A stretch of DNA of 64,000 nt from Vicugna vicugna (Eukaryota), in assembly GCA_013265495.1 (NCBI GenBank), contig MU058037.1, forward strand, positions 1,117,498 to 1,181,497. Reading direction: 5' to 3'. Both the position numbers and the translations under genes were made by a program. A model generated the notes under the pieces. The model had not been told where the DNA came from. It saw only the letters and a list, made by a program, of their open reading frames with translations, and ran no database searches. Every line of letters starts with the position of its first letter. Position 1 is the first letter of the stretch. Below, one piece after another: positions 13,022-26,289 of the stretch.

Positions 13022-13560
13022 TGAATGGGTGCAAAATATATCACCCCAAAATATCCCCCTTTGGCATACTGATTATTTGGGGCTGATTATTTTTGAGAGG
13101 CTGCAGACACAGGACAATCTTTGGAAACAGAGTTGAAGTTACCCTTTTGTGAGAGAAACTAACATTTATAAGGGAAATCTCCATTGTAAGGGTATGTCCC
13201 TCTCTGTACCAAGAAGAGGAAGAGAGCTAAATCTCAAGAAATTCTTACCATTGGAGAAGGCCAGGACTTAAATCTGTATAACACTCGTACCCTTATTTAC
13301 TGTGGTTTGTCTGGTAAAACCCATAACTGGCTTCTCCCACCCCTCAACATCTTCTTTCATCTTTAGCTAGACTTGGAATTTAAGGTGGTGGCTTGGGCTA
13401 TTTCTGGAATTTACTCAGTTTTCCTGGGTCTCTCCCAGGTATACAGGAAGTATGCATGTTATTGAACTTGTTTTTTTATCTCCTACTAATCTTTTACTAC
13501 AAGGGGGTGTCAGCCAAGAACCTAGAACAACATGGGAAAAATTATTTTTCCTCCCATTTA
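13022..13560 (+). mobile_element. MER34-like ERV1 solo LTR
   Basis: Colinear homology with 2960-3497 over its full length. Confidence 0.8.
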
Positions 13561-13789
13561 TTAGTTAATCATGCCTGAATATTTTGTTTCATATCATTTG
13601 GAAAATATAATTCTTCACAAAGAAAATGCATACCAAAAAAAAAAAAACCTAACTAAATTCAAACGTCTAATTCAAAATAGACCATCTCCTCCAACACAGC
13701 TGAAACAGACAGAAAAGAACACACAGCCAAGATGAGAAATCCTTCCCTCTTCTCCACCTTGGAACTCAACCTCTGTCCTCAAGACTCAT

Positions 13790-14850
13790 ACCCTAATGTC
13801 TCGACATCTCCACTTGGGTAACATCTCAAATTCATCATGGCAAAAACTGAACTCTTGATCTTTCCTTCCAAACCTGATTCTCCCCACAGTACTCACCTTC
13901 TCAGTTAACAGTAGCTCTGGATTTCCATTTAATCAGACTTAGAGCCCTTACTCTCAGGTCTCTCATCAAATCTGTCAGCAAATGTGCTGGTTCTATTCTC
14001 CAGAATGTATTCAGAATACCACCCTGTCTCACAACGTCCACTGCTACCACCTGGTCCAAGATACCATCCTCTCTTGCCTGGTCCCTCCTATAGTCTCCTA
14101 ATTGGCCTCCCTGCTTCTATTCTTTTTTTTTAAATTGATGTTCAGTTGATTTACAATGCTGTGTTAGTTTCTGGTATACAGCACAGGGATTCTATTCTTG
14201 ACCTGCTACAATCTCTTCTCAACACAGCAGCCAGGATAATACTCTCAACGTAATCAAGTTGCATCAGGCGTCTACTCGAAAACCTGCATTATTTCCCCAC
14301 TTCACTAAGGGTAAAAGCCAACATTCTTACAATGTCCTGCAGGTCTTATAAAATGCCACCATCCCTGTTACTGCTCTGACCTCAGTGCCTATTTCTCTCG
14401 CCCTCACTCACCCTGCTCCAGCCACGTGGAACTCCTTGCTCTTCCTTGAGGCCTCCAGGCACACCCCTGCCTTAGAGCTGTTTCATGGACTTAGAACACT
14501 CTTTCCCCAGATGGCTGCCATATCTAATTCTTTCACCTCCTTCAAATCTTTGCCAAATGTCATCTTCACAGTGGGGCTCTCCTTGACCATCCTATTCAGT
14601 CCTACAACCCACTCCACACAACCATACCCTGCAGCACTCCTTATTTGTCTTTATCCTGATCTTCTCTTTTCCAGAGTCCTCATCATCTTCTAATACACTT
14701 GTTAACATATGCATTATGTTGATTTTTTGTCTTTCCCCCGCAATAGAATGTCAGCTCAGGGATCTTTGTTCTCTGCTGCATCCCAAATGCCAAGAACAGT
14801 GCCTGGTCTATAACAGGTGTTCAATAAATATTAGTTGAATAAATGAATGG
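13790..14850 (+). mobile_element. L2 LINE 3' region, interrupted by a short L1 tip
   Basis: L2-typical motifs ending 'cagtgcctgg...caataaatattagttgaataaatgaatg'. Confidence 0.8.
14125..14189 (-). mobile_element. 5'-truncated L1 3' tip inside L2
   Basis: Poly-T plus L1 3' end; TSD TTCTATTCTT at 14115-14124 and 14190-14199. Confidence 0.75.
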
Positions 14851-15323
14851 CATTAAAGCTCAGCTTTTATTAGTAGGTGTATCTGGTTGGGCCATTAATG
14901 CCACTACAGCAACTACAAATAGCCACGGATAGTGGGTACCTGGAAGTATATTACAATGCTCTTTCCATTTTCATATAAGTTTAGAAATTTACAAAATAAA
15001 AGGATTTCTTACGTTTATGAAGGTCTGACAGTGTTTTCTGTGAGATAAATGTCACACTTCTATACTTTTGAGAAGACAATGTAAGGAGAGGGGAAAAAAA
15101 CCCTGCATTTTATTTCTATTTCTAAATCACTTAAGAGGTGTTAAATATATTACAAATCAGTTCATCACTGGGTCTCCAGTTTCCTCAACTCTAAAACAAG
15201 GAAGTCTGACTGGAAAAATCTCTATTTTTTGTAATTACAACAGTTCAAATATCCAATCATAAAATTATCTAGGCCCTCTCTTTTCCTAAGTATTGACCTA
15301 ACACATTTAATTTCTACAGGAAA

Positions 15324-15458
15324 GGGGGGAGGGTAGAGCTCAAGGGGTAGAGCGCATGCTTAGCATGCACGAGGTCTTGGATTTGGTACTGGGGGTACCT
15401 CCTCTAAAAAGTAAATAAATAAATAAACCTAATTACCTTCTCCGACAAAAAAGTAAAA
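15324..15458 (+). mobile_element. Camelid tRNA-derived SINE (Vic-1-like)
   Basis: GGGGGGAGGGTAGAGCTCAAGGGGTAGAGCGCATGCTTAGCATGCACGAGG head with AT-rich tail; 14-bp TSD TAATTTCTACAGGA at 15308-15321 and 15459-15472. Confidence 0.88.
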
Positions 15459-15723
15459 TAATTTCTACAGGAGAAATTCTGGCTCTATGTGGCATGATTT
15501 CACCCTACTGACTCACTTCTAAATTTTCTTAATTTTCGTAACATTCTACATTTGAATTTGAGTTTTTAGATAATATGGTACTGCAGGAATTCCTCTTTGA
15601 AGGAAAACTGTTAACAAGATTCATCACTCTAAGAGCTGGAAAGCTGACACTGGCCTGTTGACCTTATTCATGCCAAATCTGGTTGACCAGCATTGCTTTT
15701 ATCAGCTACAGAATAGCACTTAC

Positions 15724-15852
15724 CATCTCCTTCTTGTCTTCCTGGAAGTGTACATCCACAAACATTTTTCCAACAACATAAGGGAGGGTACTTTCAATAA
15801 AGTTTACACATTTGTCCCACTGAGGCAACAAAGTTGTGGTCCCCTGGATTAC
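15724..15852 (-). CDS. PHEX: PHEX exon 11 (129 nt)
   Basis: cccacag|GTA ATC CAG...GAG ATG|gtaagt; [43 protein letters not shown]. Confidence 0.98.
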
Positions 15853-16190
15853 CTGTGGGAGATAATTGATCCAGATTGAGCTTCACTTAGATAAAACCCA
15901 TGGCTGAAAAAATGCCAACAATCTGAAGAAAACAGTGTACAAAACACTGCATACTCCAACCAATATACATGTGTCAGAGAGTAAAGTGAAAGATAAAATC
16001 AATCAAAGAAAACTACTGTTTGTCCCAGTTATATTTAAAACTAAATGAAAATATTTTGAGAATGGAAATTAATACAGTCCTCCTTTCCTTCCAATTTTCC
16101 CCATTAAACAAAGGATTTGGACAACAGCATAGCTTGTCTGCAGTTAGCAGGGACATGAGGGATGCTGTCCAAGTGCCCAGATAGTATTTA

Positions 16191-16315
16191 TTTATTTTTT
16201 ATTTTTTTTAACATTTTTTATTGATTTATAATCATTTTACAATGTTGTGTCAAATTCCAGTGTTCAGCACAATTTTTCAGTCATTCATGGACATATACAC
16301 ACTCATTGTCACATA
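16191..16315 (-). mobile_element. Young 5'-truncated L1 3' end
   Basis: Poly-T plus L1 3' UTR-like sequence; TSD ATAGTATTTA at 16181-16190 and 16316-16325. Confidence 0.8.
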
Positions 16316-18096
16316 ATAGTATTTAATATCTATTGAGAACTGAAGTTCCACCACAAAAGGTCTAAAATCAATAGATGATCAAAGTTCCTGCCCAGCTCTG
16401 GGAAGTACACTCACAAGGCAGACCAGGAGAACACGCCCACCATGAACCACCCAGGAAGTGTATTTACATTGTGTCGTAACAGAACATACTGATGACCAAG
16501 TAAAAAACACATGTAAATGCTTTTCCCATCTGTCCCAATCAAATAGCTTTAAGAAAACATTTACAAACAAATAAAGAGGTTCCAAAGCAGGACTTGGAAG
16601 GCTCAAAGGTTTACTCTTGGGGATGAAAGCAAAGAAAAAAATCTCATTTAAACTGCCCTTGTAGGTCGGGAGTTTGGCGCACTCATAATGCAAAAGTGAC
16701 GGCAGACAGCAAGGAAGCGAGGCCCTGAGAATGGTGGCTGGAGGTGTCCCTTGAACACTGTTAGACACAGGCTGTTGGTACAGGGCAGATGGGGTTAACA
16801 ATGAAGTACATATATACCTCCTCTATTTTCTGATAACACAACCCCTCTCAGAGGTAAGAAATGAATCTATTTTTAAAACCTCTAGAGAAAGAGATCCTAC
16901 AATCTTCTCTGGCAATTCAGTATTATATTTAGCACTTTACACTCAAGAAACATCCCCTCATACCAAACCTCAAGTTTTCACACACTACTTCTGACACCTC
17001 TCCCTCTTATTCTCTTCCCAGTGAGGGTGGAAAGCAGCTGGGTACCATCTTTTTATGTGATCCATGGGAGTTAAAAAGACAGACACACACATATATATAA
17101 TCTACTTGTTCTGTAGCTTAACCCTTTGATGTGACCTCAGTATATATAGTTGTTTTATGATGTGCTCTATAAAGCTCAATATTCTAGTGACTTGAAGGGC
17201 CACAATATATCCAAAATAATTGCTATTCCTCAAGAGTAATGACCCATTAAGAAGTTCTCTACCTATCACTTTCTCTAATAACTAAAATGTCTGTTAAATG
17301 AAATTACAGCTTATAAACTTTGTCATTACTTAATTTCAGAATGGGAGAAAAATGAACTTAAAGTATTTTTTAAGTCACAAAATTTTTTAAATGTAAAAAA
17401 ACCCCACAAAATTCTTAAGTCTTGAATTAGAAGAATTACATAGGCAAAAGCCTCCGAAACAAAGAGTCACACGTATATAAGTTCAGAGGAGACCAAGAGT
17501 GGAAGAGAAGGTCTCAGAGCCTGGAGAAGAAGGGGAGAAAAAAAGTGTTTTGGGCAGCTGAGTCACATCTCACAGGAGACTAAATTTAGGCCTCTTGGGC
17601 CTAGCAGAATTAGGATGAATGAAAAACTGAAGATCAGGGTAAGGTTCAAGACAAAACTCTATCCTGAAGATGAAACTTTATCATCTAATACATATATCAT
17701 GCATATTTTGAATGTTCAGAATACTGGAAATGAAAGATAGTTACAAATATATCACTAAGAAATATTACAATTATAATTACAGTGACCCAGTTAAAAACAC
17801 TGGGGCAAAAGGTAATAAATTGATAAGAATAGTAAAGTCAAAACAATGTGGTGGTCCTAAGTATTACCCTAAATATCCTTATATAGCCTCATCAAAGTAG
17901 AGCTTGAGTATACTTTACTGTATGTAAGGTTTACCTCAACAAAAAGAAATAAAGAAAAAAAAAAGTAGAGCTTGAGCTGCAAAACTCCCTCTGCCCAATC
18001 CCTAAAGATGATTTTTACTGGATTAGTTAATATATAGACTGTTCCGGCATGTAAAGTTATCCAGTGATGTAACACTGCAATGTTCTCAAAACTTAC

Positions 18097-18190
18097 CCGT
18101 GAGAATTCCAGCCACCTATATTGAAAGCGCCTGCTAAGGTTTGGAATTCTGGAATAAACCATCCTCCACACCAAATAGTTGGCAATGGTC
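18097..18190 (-). CDS. PHEX: PHEX exon 10 (94 nt)
   Basis: ttaacag|G ACC ATT...TCA CGG|gtaagt; [31 protein letters not shown] (inside ORF 17869..18282). Confidence 0.98.
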
Positions 18191-21100
18191 CTGTTAACAG
18201 AGATAGATGCACATTTACTGTCTTGAGGTTGATAGCTGATGCTCTGCAGAACACCTTGGGAAATGTGTTGGCAAAACTCCATGGAGGGACCTCTTACTCA
18301 TACAAAACTACAGAACTTTTTTCACTTGAGAAATGACATAAAATGATACAACGTCAATAAACTCAACCAAAATTGGCTTGCTTTTCACCACCTAATACAG
18401 ATAGAGGATATGAGGATTCCAGCCCCAGGCCTGAGCACAAACATCCTGGTTTCTCTCTCAGGATACGGAGTCCACTGTTGCCCTACCTTTCACATCTAGA
18501 AATTGTCAATACCTTTGAATTATTAGATGACTTGATAAAATGCAGACGAATTCTTACCTTTGGAAACAAACAGCAATATACTGGCTAATACCAATTATCT
18601 AGATATGCGCCCTGGTTCCATATGTGTGAGCTTCGGCAAGTCACTTAAGCTCATTGATTTTATCTTCCTTTGTCATACAAAGAGGATGACCCCTCCCATA
18701 TAGGGTTATTATGAAGTTAAAATAAATAACAAAGTGCTTAAGAGTAAATTTCGGATTTTTTTTATCATTGTTCACTTCCAAACATATGAACAACCCCATA
18801 CACTGTGCAATGTCCATAACACATATTTTTTAAAATCTATTACATTTTGTTAAGTGTTGCCTTTTTTCTAAGCAAAAAAATGCCCTGACCTCAGAAGGAT
18901 GTGTGATCTGAGTTAATTTCTAACTCAATAATGATGATGAATTTTTAATGACCTATCCCCTCCCAGCTGTGCCATTTCCATGGTGACTAATAACACATAT
19001 TCCTGAGATGGCTCTCGGGTCAGCCAGCCGTGTGGGAGCAGTGTGACATGATGATGGTAGTAACTGGCCCATCTAGAACAATCCACACTCTCATTTGCAT
19101 AGTATGCTAACCCAGGGGATGTACACTCTAAGCAATTAAATACACTTCAGCATATATACCAAATTTATGTAGTTATTTTAACTTACGTAGAAATATACTA
19201 ATAGACTAACATATCAGAAATGTTTTTAATAGAGAAATTTTGAAAGAAAATGATATAAAATTATTTTCAAAAGCCCTTATTTAATTCTTCAAATACTTTT
19301 AGTTAATGCCTCAAGACACATTATGCACATAGGATTAGGTCAATACAATGACAGTCAACGTAAATCAACATCTCATATAATCGTCTTGACTACTGCACAA
19401 CATTCTGACGATATCCTTGCCAGATCTGGTTAGACCGCCATTATTTTCACCTTGTCATCTGGCCAACCAAGATGGCATAACTAGAGTGGGAAAAGGGCCA
19501 CTTCTGCTATTCTTGCCATTCACTTTGTGCTTTCGCTATTAGTAACAGCTTCGATTCCTGGTTCTTTGCAACAATTTTTTAAATCACTTGGCCATTTTGT
19601 GAGGATTAAACCAATAATAGAATTCATGTATCTAAAGGTATATGTAAATGATGTGAGATTATTTTCAGCATTGGGAATGAAAACTAACCAGTGAGGGTGA
19701 CACTGTCCCCCTCCACATACCCTAGAGATCAAATGAAGGGTCCATGGCCATCTACACAGCAGACCTCAATATAGCCTAGGCTTTTTTCAATGGAAAAAAT
19801 ATACATAAAAGTTCTAAAATTTTCTTCTCAGACCCAGTGGATCTTGTTCAGGTATGCACACTTCCCCTTGGAGACCACCACTCTCATCAGCAAAGTCTGA
19901 CCCATGTCCATGCTCTTTTGAGGCTACTATAACAAACATGTAGTTTTAGGTCATTCATTTGGATCTTTTGAATTCACATCCCTACTCCTGAGCAAAATAA
20001 GAAGTGCTCACTGAGCACTTCCTGTTGGCCAAGTATCACTGCAGATGCCATGAGGAAAGTAAAGAAACAGGAACACAGCATCTACATTCAGAGAACTTAG
20101 AGTCTAGTTAGGGGACACTGGACTTCTGATTTCAGCTTGTTTATAAAATTGGGTTTTATTTCTGAATGGGATACACAGTAAGTACGTAAGGGATCCTTCT
20201 TTCGTTCACTTATTCAGCACATCCTGAGCACCCAGATAAGTACTAATAGTTCTAGGTGCTGGGCAGATGGAAAGGCAAGAAAGATAAAGTCCCTGATCTC
20301 CTGGAGCTTTTAGCCAAGCAGGGGAAATAAGGCAAGTATTTAAATAATGATTTGGCAGATCCTAGCACCTCAACGTGCAAGCCACACCTCTAATTCTGCA
20401 AAGACTTCCAGCCAGTCACGGAGACCCTAAAACACTCTGACAAAGGCACTTCACAGAAATCCGTGGATATGAAGGAAGAATAGTGTGTGAGGCCTTCATA
20501 GGCAAGGCATTACTGAGACAACAGCACAAGACCCATGGGAACTGGAAGACAGAATCCAGGGAGCTTGCACAGTGAGACAATGGCACTGATGAGCTGCTCC
20601 AGCGTGTTATAAATACAAGACAGAATGCTGGGGAGCACAGCTTTGGCATGCTAATATTACCACACCAGGAACAGATCTGACCGCACTGAATGAATCACTG
20701 CCAGTTAATGCTCAGGTGCATCAAAAAACGAAACAAAAATAAGACTCAGCAATAGTCCTTGAAAATAACACATAATTTAAAAAAAAAAAAAAGCATTTTC
20801 AGCAGTATGGTAAGTTCCCCAAATGGCAATAAGTAGAGGAAAGCAAAGCATCTCAGAAGAGAATCCACCACTAGGAGGGCAACATGAAATCATTTCCTCA
20901 AAGCCTCCGACTAGGAAGATTTTTAAGATTTTGCTGCCCCTTGTTGTCAGTTAGTGACAGTGACAACTGACATCTGTATTGCATTTAAGCTATCATAAAG
21001 TATCTTTTTTGATCCTCAGAAGGAAGCTATGGGGTAGTTACTATTATCACCCCAAATTTCAGATGAAGAAAAAGCAAGGTCAGAAGTCAAAGGACTTCCA

Positions 21101-21269
21101 AGTATGTATCAACTCCAGGACTAACATTTGGGTCTTCAGATTCCACTGCTTGCAGTGTGCTCCTCTGAGCCAAATTACCTGAAGTGAGAACAGGTACTTC
21201 TCAAAGGTTCTCAAAGCCAAGAGATCTTCCTAAATCCTAGAGACTGCCCAGAGGTATGCCTCAAGCAGT

Positions 21270-21675
21270 GAGTGATTCTCTGAGTGTGTCCCCAGATCAG
21301 CAGCTTCAGTGTCATCAGAAAACTTGAAAGAAAATTCCTGCACCTCCCCCCAAATCTACTGAATCGGAAACTGCGGGGTGGGGCCCAGCAGTCTGGTTTT
21401 AAGCAACCCTCCAGGGGGTTCTGATGCTTGTCAGCTTTGAGAACCACTGGTCAAGGAAAACATCATCTTCTCACCTTTCTGTACACAGTTAAACTAGGAC
21501 TTCCCTAATCAGTGCTTCTTAAACTTTAATGTGTGTATGAATCCCATGGGGATCTTAATTAAATGGCAGCTTCTGATTCAACGAGTCTAGGGCGGAGCCT
21601 GAGATTCTGTGTGTCTAACAAGCTCTCAGGCAAGGCCAACACTGCTCTCTGTGGGCCATACTTGGAAAACCAAAG
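21270..21675. mobile_element. Two adjacent MER5-family MITEs
   Basis: Two MER5-like bodies at about 21270-21450 and 21510-21675, in opposite orientation. Confidence 0.7.
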
Positions 21676-23344
21676 CCCCGTATTACTCTCAGCAGCATTG
21701 AGCCCCACGGAAGGGCACATTTTCCAGGTTAGCCTCCAGGAGCATCTACGTCCAGCACAAATCATCTCACTTTAATGTTTTATATGATTGTCGAACTGAA
21801 GACAGGAAAGATCACAGAGACTTGTTTTAGCCCAGATGGCTAAAAGAAAGTTCTGCTGCAGATGACCACCACTAGGCCAGACCTTGCCGGGAAGAACACC
21901 CCAAGTCAAATCTCTCTAACCCATCCTTCCTAAGACTCTCCCCACTGCCATTCGTGCTCCTCAGACCAAATTAATGGTGAGTATGTGAGGCAGCCTCAAG
22001 AGCTGGGGGGAGAGCTGAGGGAGGCAGAGAGGGAGGGGAGTCTGCAGCGCCCCTCAAGCAGCAACGTGCTGGCACACGGTTCACAGTCGACTTGCCAAGG
22101 GGAAAAACATGATTCACAGCATGTGTCAATTTCCCTGGTGTGAATATTCCCACCAGAGGTGATTTCAAACTACGCACATGAGATCATTCAACATGAAGTT
22201 GGAAAGAGATGCTCGTCACTCAAGGGACCCATCACATCACCCTCTTTCCACCCTGAACACCAACTCCTTTTCCCCACTGGCAGCCTCCAGCTCGTGCCTC
22301 CAAATGGCCCTGCCTGGTCACGTACTCCCTTGAACCACAAGGGCCAACAGTCTCTGGCACCACGTCTGGGGGAATGTCATTACACAATTTCTGTGCCACA
22401 CACTACCTGCCAGAGCCAGTGCCACCACCCCCACAGCCAGTCAGTCAGAAGGTGGGGGGCCTAATCCCACCAGCTGGCAGGGGCATGATAAAGGAGGGGG
22501 GCAGCAGTCAAGAAATGCAGCTGACACCACCGCAGGACAGCTCTGTAACCCTGAAAGTGGCAGGAGTGTTGTCTATCTTCAAAACTAGCAGTTAAGTATC
22601 TGAAAAGCATCTCTTTTCTACCCAGGGACATGTATGGAAAAGAGAAAGGATGCAGAAATGGGAAGGTTTAGAATTTCAATTCTGCCTCCTCTTAGAGATG
22701 TGTCCTTGGGCACATTGCTTAACCTCAGCTTCTTCATCTGTAAAATGGGAACAACACAGAATTATTTTAAGGGTCAAAGATAACTGTTAACCATAATGGT
22801 GGTTAACGTGACCATAACCCATATGTGATTTTCATAGGCAGATTCTCAGGACAGAGGCATGGAAGACACACCCAACTTGAGGAAGACAGGTTGACTCTCT
22901 CTTCAGTGGTGCCTCCAGGGGAAAGGCAGAAGGATGCTGGAAACCAGAAGCTGATGCCTTTCCTCTATACATCCTGAGCCCGAACCAGCCCCTTGAAGCT
23001 TCCCCCAGCTTTCCAGACTCCTGCTTCAAAGGCAACATCTAGGTTAACGCCAGTTGCATAACCCAACATGCTCAACATCCTCTTTTCCCACTCTCCCCTA
23101 CCTGGCCCCTAGTTTTCCCCTAAGGAAAACCCCTCCTTATCCTTTCAGCTTCTGCTCCTGTCACCTCCTGTATAGTGGTGATTGAGGTATCTGCTTTACT
23201 TCTAGAAATTTTTAGGAAGTATCTTCTATATGAAAAGTACCATGCTAGGCCTTGAAGTTACAAAGGCAAATACAAGAGTGCCCACCGTCAGGTGCTCACT
23301 GTGTCATGGGGGTGGGGATGGGGGGACTAAATAATAAAACTGGA

Positions 23345-23722
23345 TAACTTTTTTGATATTTTGCCAGACTCTATTTCCCAGCTTCTCTTGCAGTTAAATG
23401 GGTTATGTGGCTGAGTTCTGGCCAAAGCAATATGGGTAGAAGTGACACACACCACTCCTAGGCCTCCCCACAAAACCTCCTGTGCAATCCTCCACTCTCT
23501 TTCCCCATCCACCAGCTGAATGGGGAGGATTCCAAAATTCCCGAGGAAGGCAAAGACACAAGATGAAAGGAGCCTGGGTTCCCGAGTCCCTACCTGGAGG
23601 AAAGCTGCCTTACAGGGACACCCACGTTGTACTTTCCATAAGCACAGAGTACATTTTTTATTGTACGAGCCAACAAGAGTTTAGAGGGGCTTATTACAGT
23701 GTCTGGCTTGTCCTGACTAACA
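23345..23722 (+). mobile_element. MaLR MLT1-type LTR
   Basis: 'gagttctggccaaagcaatatgggtagaagtga...gcctgggttcccgagtc...tgactaaca'. Confidence 0.7.
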
Positions 23723-24269
23723 TGCTAACAACAGGAAGGAAGCTAAGGGGACATCTCCTTCATCACTCTCGTGATGCAACACTAGTGAGACTCCAAGATG
23801 ATTAGCAGTCTAAAACACTTACTGTGCTATGCAAATGAAGTGTTATCAAACTTCTCATACAGCGTTTTGAAATCACATAAAAAATACACAGAACGTAAGT
23901 TGTTTTTGATGAACTGGTTGCTGAAGAGTAAACTATGTGAAAGAGACTTGGTTTTTGTCTTTAATTAAAAATGAAGTTTCTTAACATCTGAGGGTTTTTT
24001 GTTACGTATATAATGTTCTGCAGGTAATTTTTCTATTTACATTTTCTTCTACTGTAGTTCATTATGTTTACACCTGTCCAAGTTATGATTTTGACAAGAA
24101 GCAGATTAAAATCCCCCTCCAATCATGGTCTTTCTTGGTCCTTTTTGTCATGATAGGTCCTGCAGTTCTAAAGTATCATTGTCACCATAAGATTATTTTT
24201 CTAATACAGTAAACCAGGGCCTATCTATCCCCTAGTTATAAATTAGGCTTTTGTGGGAATAAAACTAAT

Positions 24270-24440
24270 TATAAGGTTCCTGAGGTGCCTGTTAAAATAC
24301 AGACTCCTAGGCCTCACCCCAGATCTACTATGTTGGTCTCTCTGGAGGGAAGGCCTTGGAATCTGTATTTTTACCAAAGGCCCAAGGTGATGCTGCTGGT
24401 ATTACTGGTCCATGGAGCACACTTTGAAGAGTAAGGCTCT
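24270..24440. mobile_element. MER5-like MITE
   Basis: 'gttaaaatacagactcctaggcctcaccccagatctact...ggaatctgtattttta'. Confidence 0.6.
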
Positions 24441-25503
24441 AGCACACACGTATACTTACCTACCTCTAGATTCGATTGCCACTTAGAAATTTTTTTAAAG
24501 AATCACTATTTATCTCTAGGTGGTAGAATCTAAAGTGAATTTATTGTTTCTAATCTCCCTTTTCTGTATGTTTACTTTTCTATATGCTTTCCTCAATGAA
24601 CACATTGCTTTCATCATAAAAAAAATCATCTTAAAATGAACAGCTCTTCAAAGGTGTCTAAGTGTTTTCATAGGTGGGGTGGATGCTAAATTTTATTCTG
24701 AGGACTTCTGCAGGTGCCTTTTTTAATATAATTCCTGGCAATGATGATTCCCAGCAACACAGCCTTGTCTAAGTTCAAATAAGAAAGTATAATTTTTAAT
24801 CATGGCCAGGCAATTAGCCTAGTAAACTGTCTTTGTAAACTAGTTGACCTTCCTGTGCTTCATTTTCTGTAGTCAAATCTGAATGGCTCCATGAAGATCT
24901 GACTCCAGTCTTCCCTGGATATTTTCAGAATTTCCTTGTTTCATAGTGCTAAAAGGAAGAAAGCAACAAATTCTAAAACATTCTTTAAAATAAGAAAAAC
25001 CTGACAGTTCTGACACTGTTTCATCAGTTTAACTTTTCTACGGTTCTCAGAGTGGTCTTACATCTTTTCAGTATAGGTACTTAGGTTTATTGCCACAAAG
25101 CGACTTACTGGCTAAATAGAAATAAGGAAAAAAAAAAAAAAACCAGCAGCAAAAGACCAAGAATGAACCAGGGGGCAGAAAAGATTTTCATATAGAAATC
25201 TCAGAAAATAACATCATTACATAACTAGTTCCCCAAACTAATAAACAATTTCGTCTTTCAGAGAGAAAAGTATGAAGAACAGAAATAAGGGGCAAAAACA
25301 TTATGTATTTGTTGTCATCAGAGCAAGTAAATCACACCGGACAATGGTTTTGGCCAATTTGTCACAAAGGGCACCACTATTTTTCCTAAGACTCTTGTGA
25401 GGTAACTTTCTTTAAAAACAGTTTTCAAAGGACATGAGAGGGAAGGCCTTATAATTTAAAAGGAATAATAAAAGTCATGGTAAAATGCACAAGAAAGCTC
25501 TTA

Positions 25504-25650
<147 letters not shown>

Positions 25651-25904
25651 CTAAGGAGAGAAAAAAAAAAAAACCAAGTGAGTGAACTTCTGCGGGGCAA
25701 CAAGCCATAAGAAAGGAAAATAGAGTCCAGTGAACATAATCCACACTTTGTGATGTCAGACCAAATAATTAAAGATGCAACTGCTCAAATCTAAAAAACG
25801 AATGCCTGATCACTGCCACCCAGACCAGACCTATCGCTGGAATCATAAATGGAGCACGTGTTCAGAGCCACCTGCAATATGGACCGCACGAGCGCACATC
25901 ACCC

Positions 25905-26065
25905 ACTCCCCTGACCCCTCCAGCGCTCTTCTCCCTGCTCTTCCACCCCCTCCACTCTCCCTCCCCGTCTTCCCTCTCCCCCTTCCTCCCCTCCTCTCCT
26001 GTGTGCTCCCTCCTTCCTTCTGGCACTCTCCCTCCCCTCCCTCCCCCTGTACTCCCCCCCCACCA
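25905..26065. repeat. C/T-rich low-complexity tract
   Basis: Nearly pure pyrimidine run on the + strand; accounts for the Pro-rich and Gly-rich spurious ORFs here. Confidence 0.85.
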
Positions 26066-26289
26066 TACTTATTCCACAGACACAGATGCCCCAGCACACC
26101 TCTGGTCTTCTCTCTGGCATGGTCTTTCTTACACAGGGGGACACAAACAGCAACAAAAAGGTGTCCCCTCTCACAGCACCACTATCTTGGTGTTTTTACC
26201 TGGCTACTCCAAAAGTCATTTCCACTCTTTTTCTCTTCTTTTCCTCCCTTGTCTGCCTCTACTTTGAAATGGAAAACCAATTACTCACT

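Noticed and set aside
127..13560. Possible provirus between related LTR pairs (127/10361 or 2960/13022)
   Set aside because: No gag, pol or env remnants or primer-binding site recognised. The pairs are too divergent, several LTRs have their own TSD-like flanks, and the intervening DNA contains ordinary older repeats.
1..15723. PHEX exon 12 (MEELVEG...KEK)
   Set aside because: No matching sequence found; intron 11 extends beyond the left edge.
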